Source: the human T2T-CHM13v2.0 reference genome, Homo sapiens. From it: 64,000 nucleotides of DNA. The stretch is from NCBI RefSeq assembly GCF_009914755.1, contig NC_060933.1; one strand, 5' to 3'. This document shows positions 1 to 13,600 of this stretch, piece by piece. The notes beneath the pieces are model-generated. The model saw only the letters and a program-made list of their open reading frames with translations, was not told the origin of the DNA and did not search any database. Position 1 is the first letter of the stretch, and every line of letters begins with the position of its first letter. The position numbers were made by a program, and so were the translations under genes.

Positions 1-669
1 ATAAACATTTTCTAAGTGAATTAAATGACAGTGGAACAATAGACCAAGCAATGATGATAGTAGCAAAATAAAGTCATGGTAGCTAGCTATGTGTCATACA
101 TTACGCCTAATGAGAAAATGGTGCATAACTCAATCCCAATCATTGATCTGTATCTGCTAATTACCATTGCATCCTACATCATAGGACATCCATTTCTTTG
201 ACACACAGGCAAATCGTGGTATCAGTCTGGTGCTGGAGAATAATCTCCATGTTTATTTAATTAAAAGACAATTTGTTCTTAGTCTCTTAATTTGCCAGGC
301 ACTGCAAGGACAACCCAGATAAAAATCGTTCCAGTCAAGGCATAGAAGAAAGAATGAGGTTTCATTAACCAGTACTGTGTGTAAAATAAAATGAAGTAAA
401 ACAGTGATCACAAAAGAGACATATGAAACAAGCTATTTATTAGAAAAATTTGGCTAAGAATCTGGATATAGGGAGGTACAACCAAGTTTAGTCAAAGGAA
501 AAGTCCCCAATAAATTGGGAAGAAGCACCATTCTAATAATTATGAATGTTATTGAAGATAGCATTCAAAGACATAAACATTGGATTTGGGAAAAGGAAAA
601 TAAACCTCTGGGTGGCAAAATAAGTTCTCAAATTTAATTATTGAGAACTTCACATTAAAAATGATCACT

Positions 670-790
670 TTACATATACCATCTCATTTAATCCTCACAG
701 ACCCATGAAGTGACTACCATCAATATTCCCACATTAGAGATAAGAACTCTAAGGCACAGAGAAGTGAAGTCATTTGTTCCACACAGCTAT
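670..790 (-). mobile_element. MIR fragment
   Basis: ctcatttaatcctcac...aggcacagagaagtgaagtcatttg resembles MIR core in reverse. Confidence 0.6.
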
Positions 791-1258
791 GCCTCCAGGA
801 GTCCATTTAGCACTCTCACATTCTCCCCTACCTACAAAGCAACTGTGGAGTTGTTATGAGGATACCCTTCACTCATCCAGGATTTCTGAAGAAAGTGCCT
901 GCATTATGAAATTTTATTATTTTCCATATTTTCATAAAGGCAATATACCTATAATTTCCAGAGCTTTATAAAAAGAAATTCACAAAAATTCACAAGTCAG
1001 AGAAAGTTTTTTTCTCAAAGTAGCCCAGTATTTTAGATCTGTATATCTGATTGTTCTCTATGTCTGTGGCAGGACCCGCAGTGGAATGCAGCCTCTAGCT
1101 GGAAGCAGTGGCTCCGTGTAGGTGGGCCACCAGTGGGGGCTGCCTCTCCATCGCATGGCATATGGCCAGACAACATTCATACATGCAGAGTGGGCTGCTA
1201 GCAACACAGAGTCATTGAAAGAGTCTCAGTGATTGCAACATCTGCTATTTTCTTGCAG

Positions 1259-1411
1259 AGAAACTTCCACCTCCACCTGGAGAGTGTACTTTCGAGCAAG
1301 ATGAATGTACATTTACTCAGGAGAAAAGAAACCGGAGCAGCTGGCACAGGAGGAGGGGAGAAACTCCCACTTCCTACACAGGACCAAAGGGAGATCACAC
1401 TACTGGGGTAG
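1259..1411 (+). CDS. MAMDC2: MAMDC2 internal coding exon, start of last MAM domain (KLPPPPGECTFEQDECTF...GPKGDHTTGVG)
   Basis: ttttcttgcag acceptor and G|gtgagt donor; 153 nt, phase 1/1, open. MAM N-terminal motifs CxFE..C.F, W and GPxxDHT. Joins the 49144 exon in frame (G|GC=Gly). Missed by the ORF track. Confidence 0.95.
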   Translation, partial: RNFHLHLESVLSSKMNVHLLRRKETGAAGTGGGEKLPLPTQDQREITLLG

Positions 1412-1996
1412 GTGAGTTATGCCACGTGGTGCTGTTTCCTAAGGAAAGCTTCTAAAATAGCATTCTAGGAATCGTTTACTGCATTTTGAAATGTGCAAAA
1501 TTATGTCTTGTGTCTAGAATGAAATGCACTTGTGATTCTACACACACAGGATGATTTGATATGGGCATTGAATATCTCATCCTTTCTGTTTATTACATTG
1601 CTTATGTACATTGCTGCAGCAAGGATCTAACAGGGCTTACAAAGTTCTGCACACAAAGAATAGAAGTAAGTTAAAAGGTAAAAGAGAGGGACAAAGTAGG
1701 GGAAAAAATGGTAATCTAAATTGGAGCCAGGGCCGAGGCCTAATATACAAAATATATTGGCAGACAAAGGAAGAGGCATACAGGTTTGACTCCAAGCTTT
1801 CAGTAGCCAAAACGCACCTGTAAAACATGATTCACAGAATGAGCAGTCCACGTGGGTGGGCTATAAGCAATGATGGGGTGCATTTTCTGTAGAAAATGTA
1901 TAAACTGCAATAAAACAGAGTAAGAGTTCATCTACTTCATATTACCAACATGTATCAGCAATTGTAAACATTGTCAGGGACAAAATATGTCCCGTA

Positions 1997-2304
1997 GGCC
2001 ATGTGTGGTGGCTCACTCCTATAATCCCAGCACTTTGGGAGGCCAAGGTGAGAGGATTACTTGAGTCTAGGAGTTCAAGACCAGCCTAGACAACATAGTG
2101 AGACTCTATCTTGACAATTTTTTTTTTTAATTTAGCCAGCTGTGGTGGTGTGCACCTGTGGTCACAGCTACTTGGAAGGCTGAGGCAGGAGGATTGCTTG
2201 AGCCCAGGAGGTCAGGGCTACAGTGAGCCATGTTCATGCCATTGCACCCAGCTTGGGTGACAGAGCAAGGCCCTGTCTCGAAAAAAATAAATAATAAATT
2301 AAAA
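1997..2304 (+). mobile_element. AluJ-like SINE
   Basis: Dimeric Alu with J-type ggattgcttgagcccaggagg and an A-rich tail. Confidence 0.9.
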
Positions 2305-2514
2305 AGTACCTTCCATAGAATGGATCTTTCTCACTCACACCCCCATTCCATTTGGTATACTAACTGAATAAAAGCACAACACTTGGTCCAGAGAAGCAGA
2401 ACTACCCCTGATACTAAGCTCATAGAGATATTTCCTCATGAATTCTCCTAGAGAAACCATTATGATAGTAAATATGAGGGTAATTTGCATTGTGCTGTTT
2501 CTTATGGTCTAACT

Positions 2515-2734
2515 TGGGATATTTAATCTTTTGGCTTCTCTGGGCCACATTGGAAGAAGAATTGTCTTGGGCCACACATAAAATACACTAACGCTAATGA
2601 CAGCTGATGAGCTAAAAAAAATTGCAAAAAAAATTCTCATAATGTTTTAAGAAAGTTTACAAATTTGTGTTAGGCCATATTCAAAGCTGTTCTGGGCCAC
2701 ATGCAACCTGTGGGCTGCAGTTTGGACAAGCTTG
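2515..2734 (+). mobile_element. MER30-like hAT non-autonomous DNA transposon
   Basis: aatcttttggcttc...gggccacattggaagaagaattgtcttgggccac...ttggacaagcttg; 8-bp TSD gtctaact/atctaact (7/8). Confidence 0.8.
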
Positions 2735-3699
2735 ATCTAACTCAAGATAAGCCTATGGAATAATTACCACAGAACCACCTCCAGTAAAACCTGTTTAATT
2801 GGCTAAACATGGTAGAATGTAATAATGAACAGCTTTATTTTTTCTATCATTCTTCAAACATAAAGATCCTCTTTTCCCCATGCCTTGGCAAATCCCTTAG
2901 CTTCCCAGTCCTGTTGAGACATTAGAACAATTAGATATTCAGGTATGTCAAAAGTCCAGTTCAAATCAAAACTTCCATTTCTCATTCAACTGAATCTTCT
3001 CTCTTTCCCTCAGCTTGGGCCTGACTCATAGTTTGGAAGGATAAAGGAAGAAACAGTCTATTTTTTCATTTTCTTTGTTTTACCTCCCCTCCTGCCCCTC
3101 ATCTTCATGACTTTTTAATCAGGGAAGGTGGAAGATGGATTAAAAGAAAGGAACTTTAAAAATATTTGGTGCTATTTAAAGTGATCTCTTAGCTATTGAA
3201 TGTCCTTTGTTATGACAGATGTCTAAATGCTGGCTCTTTCAGGAGCCTCTGCATCTTACCATTTCTGGCAATGTTCTCACTGGCTAACCCTCTGAGACCA
3301 CCCGCTTCCCTTAGTACTTGCACTACAGAATACAACCCACATAGATTTTTCTGTTTGGGTTCCTCCTGGAAATTTTTCCTTGGGTTCTTTCTAGAACAGT
3401 TGTTTCCAGCCACCTTGCTAGTGAGTGTCCATTTGGCCTCAATAGTGATGCACTCCTGCCTAAGAAGATATGCAGCTTGGTCCTACTGCTGACCTCTTTT
3501 CTTGCTGCTTCAGCAGATTCTGGGACAATGTTGCTTCGGTAAAGGATGCTGTTGAAGAGATTTAGCATTGGCCCAAAGGCAGACCAGATGCTCACTTTCA
3601 GCATTGAGTGAAGGATGCTAAGGTGGTTCCTTATGTGTGAAGCTATCTCTGGAAAGATATCAGGATGTTAAAAATATAACTAGAAAGGCCTATATGTAT

Positions 3700-4060
3700 T
3701 AGGACTATTCTAAAAGCTTATAACAGAAAATACAACTCAAACTGACTTAAGTGAAAAGAAAATCCTTTTTTGGACTTTGTTACAGAAAGAGACTACTGTG
3801 GGGTTAGCTTCAGGCACAGCTTGATGCAGGGATTAAAACTGTGTCCTCAGGAGCCAGTTTCTCTCTCTCTTTCTCTTTCTACCTCTTTGAGCTGGTTTTT
3901 CTGGGTGGGCTCCAATCTAGACAGGATCTCCTGTCATGGCAACACAGTGGCTGTAGCAACTGCAGTCTCATGGGCCTTTCAACATTGAATCTAGCGGAAA
4001 GTGAAAACTCAGACAAAAATACCCAAACTGAATCTCATTGGCTCTGATTGGAAATGTCTT
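3700..4060. mobile_element. Old MaLR (MLT1-like) LTR remnant
   Basis: aacagaaaa..caactcaaactgacttaag...gcttcaggcacagcttgat...tctcattggctctgattgg motifs. Confidence 0.5.
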
Positions 4061-4639
4061 GAGGGCATAGTACTATAAAGGTCATTTTTGATTCCCCACA
4101 GAATTTAGTATTCTGCCTTATACACAATAGTTGCTCAAAAATGCCTATGGAATGAATGAATGAATGAATGCACAAATGAATAAATGAATCTATAAACCTT
4201 CACTGACACATTTAATAATAACTAACCAATTAATTAGTGAGACCCTAGAAAATGGGATGGTGGAAAGGTATCTATTTATTGCAAGAGGATTGAAGTCAAG
4301 AATGAATCAGTTTTAGCTAGAGTCTATTGTAGTCTAGATGTTATGTGTATGTGTATTTTTCTTGAGAAGGTTGATAGTTTTTCTTCCTTTTGTCAGGTAT
4401 AGCAGTAAGAGATCTAATAAGAGGTACAACCAAAGAGAACTATGTTATGGTAGACTACTACAGGGAATTCTGTGGGTAATGAAGACTGTGGAATGCCTTA
4501 GACATGGAAGAGAAGACATAGAAAAATAGCACTGAAGGGAAGGAGTCCCTGAAAAGGGCAAGGAGAGACACCAGGCCAGGTTATAACAAACCCAGGAACT
4601 TAGGGCATCAGGACAACCTAAGGTTTCCCATTCACTAAG

Positions 4640-4960
4640 TAAGGTTCCCATTCACCTTGAGAAAGTTACTTAAAATCTCTAAGTCTCAGTTCTGTCATCT
4701 AGAAAATGAGAATAATCATAACCACTTACCTATTTTCCTAACTTCACAGGGTGGTTGAATTTAAAAACTGAAAGGCTTTGGGATTAGACTGCCTAGGTTC
4801 AAATCTCAGTTCTACCTTTAACCTCTCTAAGCCTATTTTCTTTATCTTTGTATTAAGAATAATTAATACCTACCTCACAGACTGTGGTGAGGTTTAAATG
4901 AAACAAGATATAAAACATACTTAGAATAAGACCTGGCATATGACAATTAATTATTGCTCT
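4640..4960 (+). mobile_element. Two MIR fragments
   Basis: ctcagtt..tcatct..aaaatgag and ggttcaaatctcagttct..aacctctctaagcct cores. Confidence 0.6.
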
Positions 4961-4964
4961 ATTA

Positions 4965-6170
<1,206 letters not shown>

Positions 6171-6239
6171 AAAGAGCAACGTTCTGAGTAGCCTGATAAA
6201 ACCTTGCTTGTGTTCAAGAAACCCTTATTCTACTGAAAA

Positions 6240-6468
6240 ATGGCAAAGTGTAAGGGTAGTGATGCTAGCATATTGTTATAATTGTCTTATTTTATTATTC
6301 CTTGTTGTTAATCTCTTACTTGGCCTAATTTATAAATTAAACTTCATCATAAGTATGTATGTATAGGAAAAAATATATAGTATACATAGGGTTCAGTAGT
6401 ATCAGCAGTTTCAGGCATCCACCAGGGATCTTAGAACATATCCCTCAAGGATAAGGGGGAACTACTGT
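6240..6468 (+). mobile_element. MER44/Tigger7 3' fragment
   Basis: Ends in ggataagggggaactactg terminal repeat; homologous to the 7650, 26245 and 36938 copies. Confidence 0.75.
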
Positions 6469-6840
6469 AGTTTGCCAGGGCTTCCATAACAAAATATCCC
6501 AGACTGGGTGGCTTAAACATTAGAAATTTGTTTTCTCACAGGTCTGGCAGCTTAAAGTCCAAGATCAAGATGTCGGTAGGGTTGGTTCCTTCTGAAATTT
6601 CTCTCCTTGGCTTGCAGATGGCTGCCTTCTTGCTTCACATGGCCTTTCCTCTGTGCCAGTGCACCCCCGATATGTATCTTCTTGTAAGTTCACCAGTCAT
6701 AATGAATTACAGCCCACCCTAACAATCCCATTGTGACTTAATTACCTCCTAAAAGGTTCTATCTTCAAATACAGTCACATTCTAGTACGTGGGTTAGGGC
6801 TTCAACATACCTCTTTGGAGAAGACACAATTGAACCCACT
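6469..6840 (-). mobile_element. MLT1-type MaLR LTR
   Basis: ccataacaaaata..cagactgggtggcttaaaca..agaaattt...gggttagggcttcaacata. Confidence 0.75.
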
Positions 6841-7649
6841 CCCAGGATTTAGGGCAATGGGTTGAACATTGAAGGAACAGGGTAAACTCTTAAGTTAAAT
6901 GGCTGACAACCAAGCCCTGTCCTGCTCCTCATGTCATTATGCTAAAATAATGTTATAGTCTGAGCTTGCTTGACTAGTAGACCATGTCCTACCTTCTCCT
7001 CATAAATACACAGTCTATGAAAATCTAACAAAAGCACATATAGTAGATATTAAATTGCTCCTAATTCTACTCCTGTATTTACATTATTTCTGGGTTATGT
7101 GGACACACTTTAGCTAACATAGTATTGCTTTGTCTAAAGAAAATAATTTGGTTGTGTTTGCTTTGTCTTCTTAAAAACTTTGAAAGATGCTTCAGCTGCC
7201 TCGGGTTATACTTCATAGCAAAAATAGAGTGCATGTTATTATATGAATATATTGTGGAAAATTTTGAATGCACAAACTTAGTGTGTTCAACATTTATTTT
7301 GAGTGAATATTTGACATATTAAATAAAACTCTCTGGTGCACAACACAGAAAATTCTGATTTTTAAAGTAAATTTTTTCTAGGGCCTGCCTTCTTTATTCT
7401 CTGTTTCATTTGCTTCAATATAGATTTTCAAAAATTTCTCAAGACACCTTCCACTTTTCTAACTAACTCTTTTACCACTTATATCTTTTTATTCCCATGT
7501 ACAACAATGTAAATAAGAAAAACAAGTTTTGCTACACTGTGCCCAGGGTACCTACAAATATAGCATTAGGTTGAAGGTGTTTTGTTCTTGTTCTTGAAAT
7601 TACTTTAATAACTAATTTTCTAGGGAAATATAACATCAGTGATTATTTA

Positions 7650-8325
7650 CAGTAGTTCCCCCTTATCTGCAGGGCATATGTTCCTCGATGCCTAGTGGAT
7701 GCCTGAAACCAAAGGCAGTATTAAACCCTATATACAATATATTTTTCCCATACATACATACCTATAATAAAGCTTAATCTATAAATTAGGCACAATAAGA
7801 CACTAACAATGACCAATAATAGAATAATTACAATATATTGTTCTCAATTTCACAGACAGAAGATTTGTTCCTACTGTAGATCTCAGCAACCTCAGATTTT
7901 TCCTTTCCTTGTTAAGTCACAACCTTTCACCTTTTCACTTGAAGCACTTTATGGCTTCTCTTTGCCATATCTAAACTGTCAGCATCACTACTCTTGCACT
8001 TTGGGGCCATAATTAAATAAAATAAAGGTTACTTGGACACAAGATCTGTGATACTGTGACAGTCAGTCTGATAACAAAGATGGCTAAGTGACTCACAGGC
8101 AGAGAGTGTAGACAGCATGGAGACATTGGACAAAGAGATGATTTGTGTTCTGCTTGGGACAGAGTGGAACAGTGGAAGATTTCATCATGCTACTCACAAC
8201 AGAACATAGTTTAAAACTTATGAATTGTTTATTTCTGGAACTTTCCATGTAATATTTTTGGGCCACAGCTGACTGTGGGTAACCGAAACCATGGAAGGCA
8301 AAAACAGATAAAGGGGGCACTACTA
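7650..8325 (-). mobile_element. MER44 (Tigger7-derived) element
   Basis: TIRs cagtagttcccccttatc and gataaagggggcactacta, TA flank. Confidence 0.8.
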
Positions 8326-8334
8326 TATTGGACA

Positions 8335-8545
8335 TTTACCACGTGTAGGCACTGCGCTAGGAACCTCAACATCCTTTCCACAACCTGTAAGGTAAGTGAA
8401 AGTTCCCACGTTTTGCAGGAGGAAGCTGAAGTTTAGGGAAGTTAAGTGCCTTTCCAGGGCCAGCACTTACTGGTGGAGCAGTAACTGGTGGAGCAAAGAC
8501 TTAATCTCACATTTGTCTGGTTCTAATGGCTATATATTCTGCCTA
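8335..8545 (-). mobile_element. MIR fragment
   Basis: ttttgcaggaggaagctgaag..gaagttaagtg core. Confidence 0.55.
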
Positions 8546-8938
8546 CACTGCCTCACTAGGGTTTCCAAACCTACATGCTACTAAGAGACCACACATGGCC
8601 TGGAACAGCTGTGACAACTTATATGTGAAAAGCACAGTTTTTCATAAACCAAAGACCCTTCACACCAAAGCAGAGTGTCTTCTCCTAGAAAATACAATGA
8701 TTGGTATTTTGGAACATTCCTAGAAATTGATCCAGCAGAAAACATCTAAACTTTTTCTGATCTATTTCTAGTGTCTGTATAACAATGTTGTCAGTGTAAC
8801 CCCAGGGCTGTAGCCCACACACTTATTATGTATCCTACACCCCACAAAAGAGTGGTTTTCCTTTGTCCTAGCCTCTAATGGTGTGAGCTCAATGTGGCTG
8901 ATGTATTGGCACTCAGATTGCAATGTGACAAGGGTTAC

Positions 8939-9310
8939 TGTCTCAATCCATTTTGTGCTGCTATAACAGAATGGCTGAACTGAGCAATTTATATAGAATG
9001 GAAACTTATATCCTTACAGTTCTAGGGGCTGCAAAGTCTAAGATCAAGGTTCTGATATCTAGTGAGAGCCATCTTGCTACATCATCCCATGGTGGAAGGG
9101 GCAGAGAGAGGGTAAGGGAAAGAGCAAGAGGGAACCAAACTCATCCTTTAACAAGGAACCTACTCCCATGATAATGGCATTAATCCATTAACAAGGGCAG
9201 TGCCCCCATGACCCAAACATCTCCCATTAAGCCCTACCTTTCGACACCACTGCATTGGGGAATCAAGTTTCCAACTCATGAGTTTTGGGGGATACATCCA
9301 AACCATGGCA
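8939..9310 (-). mobile_element. MST-type MaLR solo LTR
   Basis: TG...CA ends with perfect 5-bp TSD GTTAC. Confidence 0.85.
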
Positions 9311-10015
9311 GTTACCCATTCAAAAATTAATGCATAAACAAACAAAGGTTTCTCTAAAACATTCACTTATTTGTTAAAACAACCAGCATCATAAGCTACA
9401 TGTATATAAGAATTAAACCTCTCATAACTGAAAGCAATCAGAAATGGTATATAGTCCAGGATCCCTAGGATCTTGTTCTATTCCATATTTCCTGAATACC
9501 CACTATGCATTATACATCAAATAATTGCCCCAGAGTTATAATAAGTCAAGTAATAAGGGTTAAGTCCTAGAGGTAATGAAACCACACAGCTAGCTCTCCT
9601 TGTGGGTATCTGAGTGTGAGTTCATCAAGAATGGTAGGGAGGAAGGAAGCATTCCAGGATGAGGGAATGGCTGGTGTGAAGTATGGAGCCATTAAACAGT
9701 GTGGCAGCTTTCGAAGAACTGTAAGTGACTAGGCTGGCATGTAGAATATTGTCACCCAGGATTACCAACAAAGTGGAGTCTAAAATATAGGCTTTTTTGT
9801 GCAATATTGGCAGTTTTGTTTTAATATTTCCAAAGATTATCAACTTACAACCTTGAGACTAAGAACACTTATCATAGGAAACATTGGTTAAGACGTTATT
9901 GTAAAAAACGTATTTACTTAAAATTAAATGTACCCACCAACTTTATCAAAATTACCTGTAACTAAGACATTGGAGATCTATCTCTAGCTAACATAACAAT
10001 ACTAAAATGAGGTGG

Positions 10016-10430
<415 letters not shown>

Positions 10431-10663
10431 TTAAAATCTAGTGCATAAACTCAATATTACATTTCAAACTCTTAGCCAGAAGATATATGCTCCTATAAAA
10501 TTCCAGCCAGGATGGGTATAGTGTGTAGAAAGATGAAGAAAAATAAATGAATTATAGACCTCTTTTTCTAGCAAAAAAAAAAATACACTAGAGATCACTG
10601 TGCACTCTGGCTACAAAACACCTGAAAATGCAAGAAAAAAAGGATAAATGGATAAAATATTCC

Positions 10664-13600
10664 TTTTTTTTTTTTTTTTACATTAATTTCTGGGATACAA
10701 GTGCAGAACATGCAGGTTTGTTACATAGGTATACATGTGTGATGGTGCTTTGCCAGACCTATCATCCCAACATCTAGGTTTTAAGCCCTGCATGCATTAG
10801 ATATTTGTCCCCCCACCCCCCAACAGGCCCCGGTGTGTGATGCTCCCCTCCCTGTGTCCACGTGTTATCATTGTTCAACTCCCACTTATGAGTGAGAACA
10901 TGCAGTGTTTGGTTTTCTGTTCCTGTGTTAGTCTGCTGAGAATGATGCTTTCCAGCTTCATCCATGTCCCTCCAAAGGACATGAACTCATTCTTTTTTAT
11001 GGCTGCATAGTATTTCATGGGGTATATGTGCCACATTTTCTTTATCCAGTCTATCACTGATGGGCATTTTGGTTGGTTCCAAGTCTTTGCTATTGTAAAT
11101 AGTGCTGCAGTAAACATATGTGTGCATGTGTCTTTACAGTAGAATGATTTATAATCCTTTGGGTATATACCCAGTAACGGGATTGTTGGGTCAAATGGTA
11201 TTTCTGGTTCTAGATCCTTGAAGAATTGCCACACTGTCTCCCACAATGGTTGAACTAATTTACACTCCCACCAACAGTGTAAAAGCATTCCTATTTTTCC
11301 ACATCCTCTCTCTACATCTGTTGTTTTCTGACTTTTTAATGATTGCCATTCTAACTGGCATGAGATGGTATCTCATTGTGTTTTTGATTTGCATTTCTCT
11401 AATGACCAGTGATGATGAGCTTTTTTTCATGTTTGTTGGCTGCATAAACATCTTCTTTTGAGAAGTGTCTGTTCATATCCTTCAGCCACTTTTTGATGGG
11501 GGTTGGTTTTTTCTTGTAAATTTGTTTAAGTTCACTGTACATTCCAGATATTAGACCTTTGTCAGATTGATAGATTGCAAAACTTTTCTCCTATTCTGTA
11601 GGAATACTCTGATGGCAGTTTCTTTTGCTGTGCAGAAGCTCTTTAGTTTAATCAGATCACATTTGTCAATTTTGGCTTTTGCTGCAATTGCTTTTGATAT
11701 TTTAGTCATGAAGTCTTTGCCCATGTCTATGTCCTGAATGGTATTGCCTAGGTTTTCTTCATGGTTTTTATGGTTTTAGGTTTTATACTTAAGTCTTTAA
11801 TCCAACTTGAGTTAATTTTGTATAAGGTGTAAGGAAGGGGTCCAGTTTCAGTTTTCTGCATATGGCTAGCCAGTTTTCCCAGCAACATTTATTACATAGA
11901 GAATCCTTTCCCCATTGCTTGTTTTTATCAGGTTTGTCAAAGATCATATGGTTGCAGATGTGTGGTGTTATTTCTGAGGCCTCTGTTCTGTTCCATTGGT
12001 CTATATGTCTGTTTTGGCACCAGTACCATGCTGTTTTGGTTACTGTAGCCTTGTAGTATAGTCTGAAGTCAGGTAACGTGATGCCTCCAGCTTTGTTCTT
12101 TTTGCTTAGGATAGTCTTGGCTATACAGGCTCTTTTTTGGTTCCATATGAAATTTAAAGTAGTTTTTTCTAATTCTGTGAAGAAAGTCAATGGTAGCTTG
12201 ATGGGAATAGCATTGAATCTATAAATTACTTTGGGCAGTATGGCCATTTTCATGATATTGATTCTTCCTATTGATAAGCATGGAATTTTTTTTCCATTTG
12301 TTTGTGTCCTCTCTTATTTTTCTTGAGCACTGGTTTGTAGTTCTTTTTGAAGAGGTCCTTCACATCCCTTGTAAGTTGTATTCCTTGGTATTTTATTTTC
12401 TTTGTAGCTATTGTGAATGGGAAGTTCACTCATTATTTGGCTCTCTGCTTGTCTATTATTGGTGTATAGGGATGCTTGTGATTTTTGCACATTGATTTTG
12501 TAGCCAGAGACTTTGCTGAAGTTGATTATCAGCTTAAGGAGTTTTTGGGCTGAGACAATGGGGTTTTCTAAATATACAATCATGTCATCTGCAAAAAGAG
12601 ACAATTTGACTTCCTCTCTTCCTATTTGAGTACCTTTTATTTCTTTCTCTTGCCTGATTGCCCTGGACAGAACTTCCAATACTATGTTGAATAGGAATGG
12701 TGAGAGAGGGTATCCTTGTCTTTGCCAGTTTTCAAAGGGAATGCTTCCAGCTTTTCCCCATTCGGTATGATATTGGCTATGGGTTTGTCATAAATAGCTC
12801 TTATTATTTTGAGGTATCTCACATGAACACCTAGTTTATTGAGAGTTTTTAGCATGAAGCGGTGTTGAATTTTATCGAAGGCCTTTTCTGCATCTATTGA
12901 GATAATCATGTGGTTTTTGTCATTGGTTCTGTTTATGTGATGGATTACATTTATTGATTTGTGTATGTCGAACCAGCCTCGTATCCCAGGGATGAAGCCG
13001 ACTTGATTGTGGTGGATAAGCTTTTTGATGTGCTGCTGGATTCGGTTGGTCAGTATTTTATTGAGGATTTTTGCATTGATGTTCATCAGGGACATTGGCC
13101 TGAAATTTTCTTTTTTTGTTGTGTCTCTGCCAGGTTTTGGTGTCAGAATGATGCCGGCCTCATAAAATGAATTAGGGAGGAGTCTCTCTTTTTCTATTGC
13201 TTGGAATAATTTCAGAAGGAATGGTACCAGCTCCTCTTTGTACCTCTGGTAGAATTTGGCTGTGAATCCATCTGGTCCTGGGCTTTTTTTGGTTGGTAGG
13301 CTATTAATTACTGCCTTAATTTCAGAACTTGTTATTGGTCTATTCAGGGATTCTACTTCTTCCTGATTTAGTCTTGGGAGGGTGTATGTGTCCAGGAATT
13401 TATCCATTTCTTCTAGATTTTCTAGTTTATTTTCATAGAGGTGTTTATAGTATTCTCTGATGGTAGTTTGTATTTCTGTAGGATCAGTTGTGATATTCCC
13501 TTTATCATTTTTTATTGCATCTATTTGATTCTTCTCTGTTCTTTTTTATTAGTCTGAGTGGTCTATCTATTTTATTGATCTTTTTAAAAAACCAGCCCCT

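Noticed and set aside
1229-1411. 60-aa + strand ORF in the track
   Set aside because: Wrong frame; the real exon uses another frame defined by splice sites and MAM motifs
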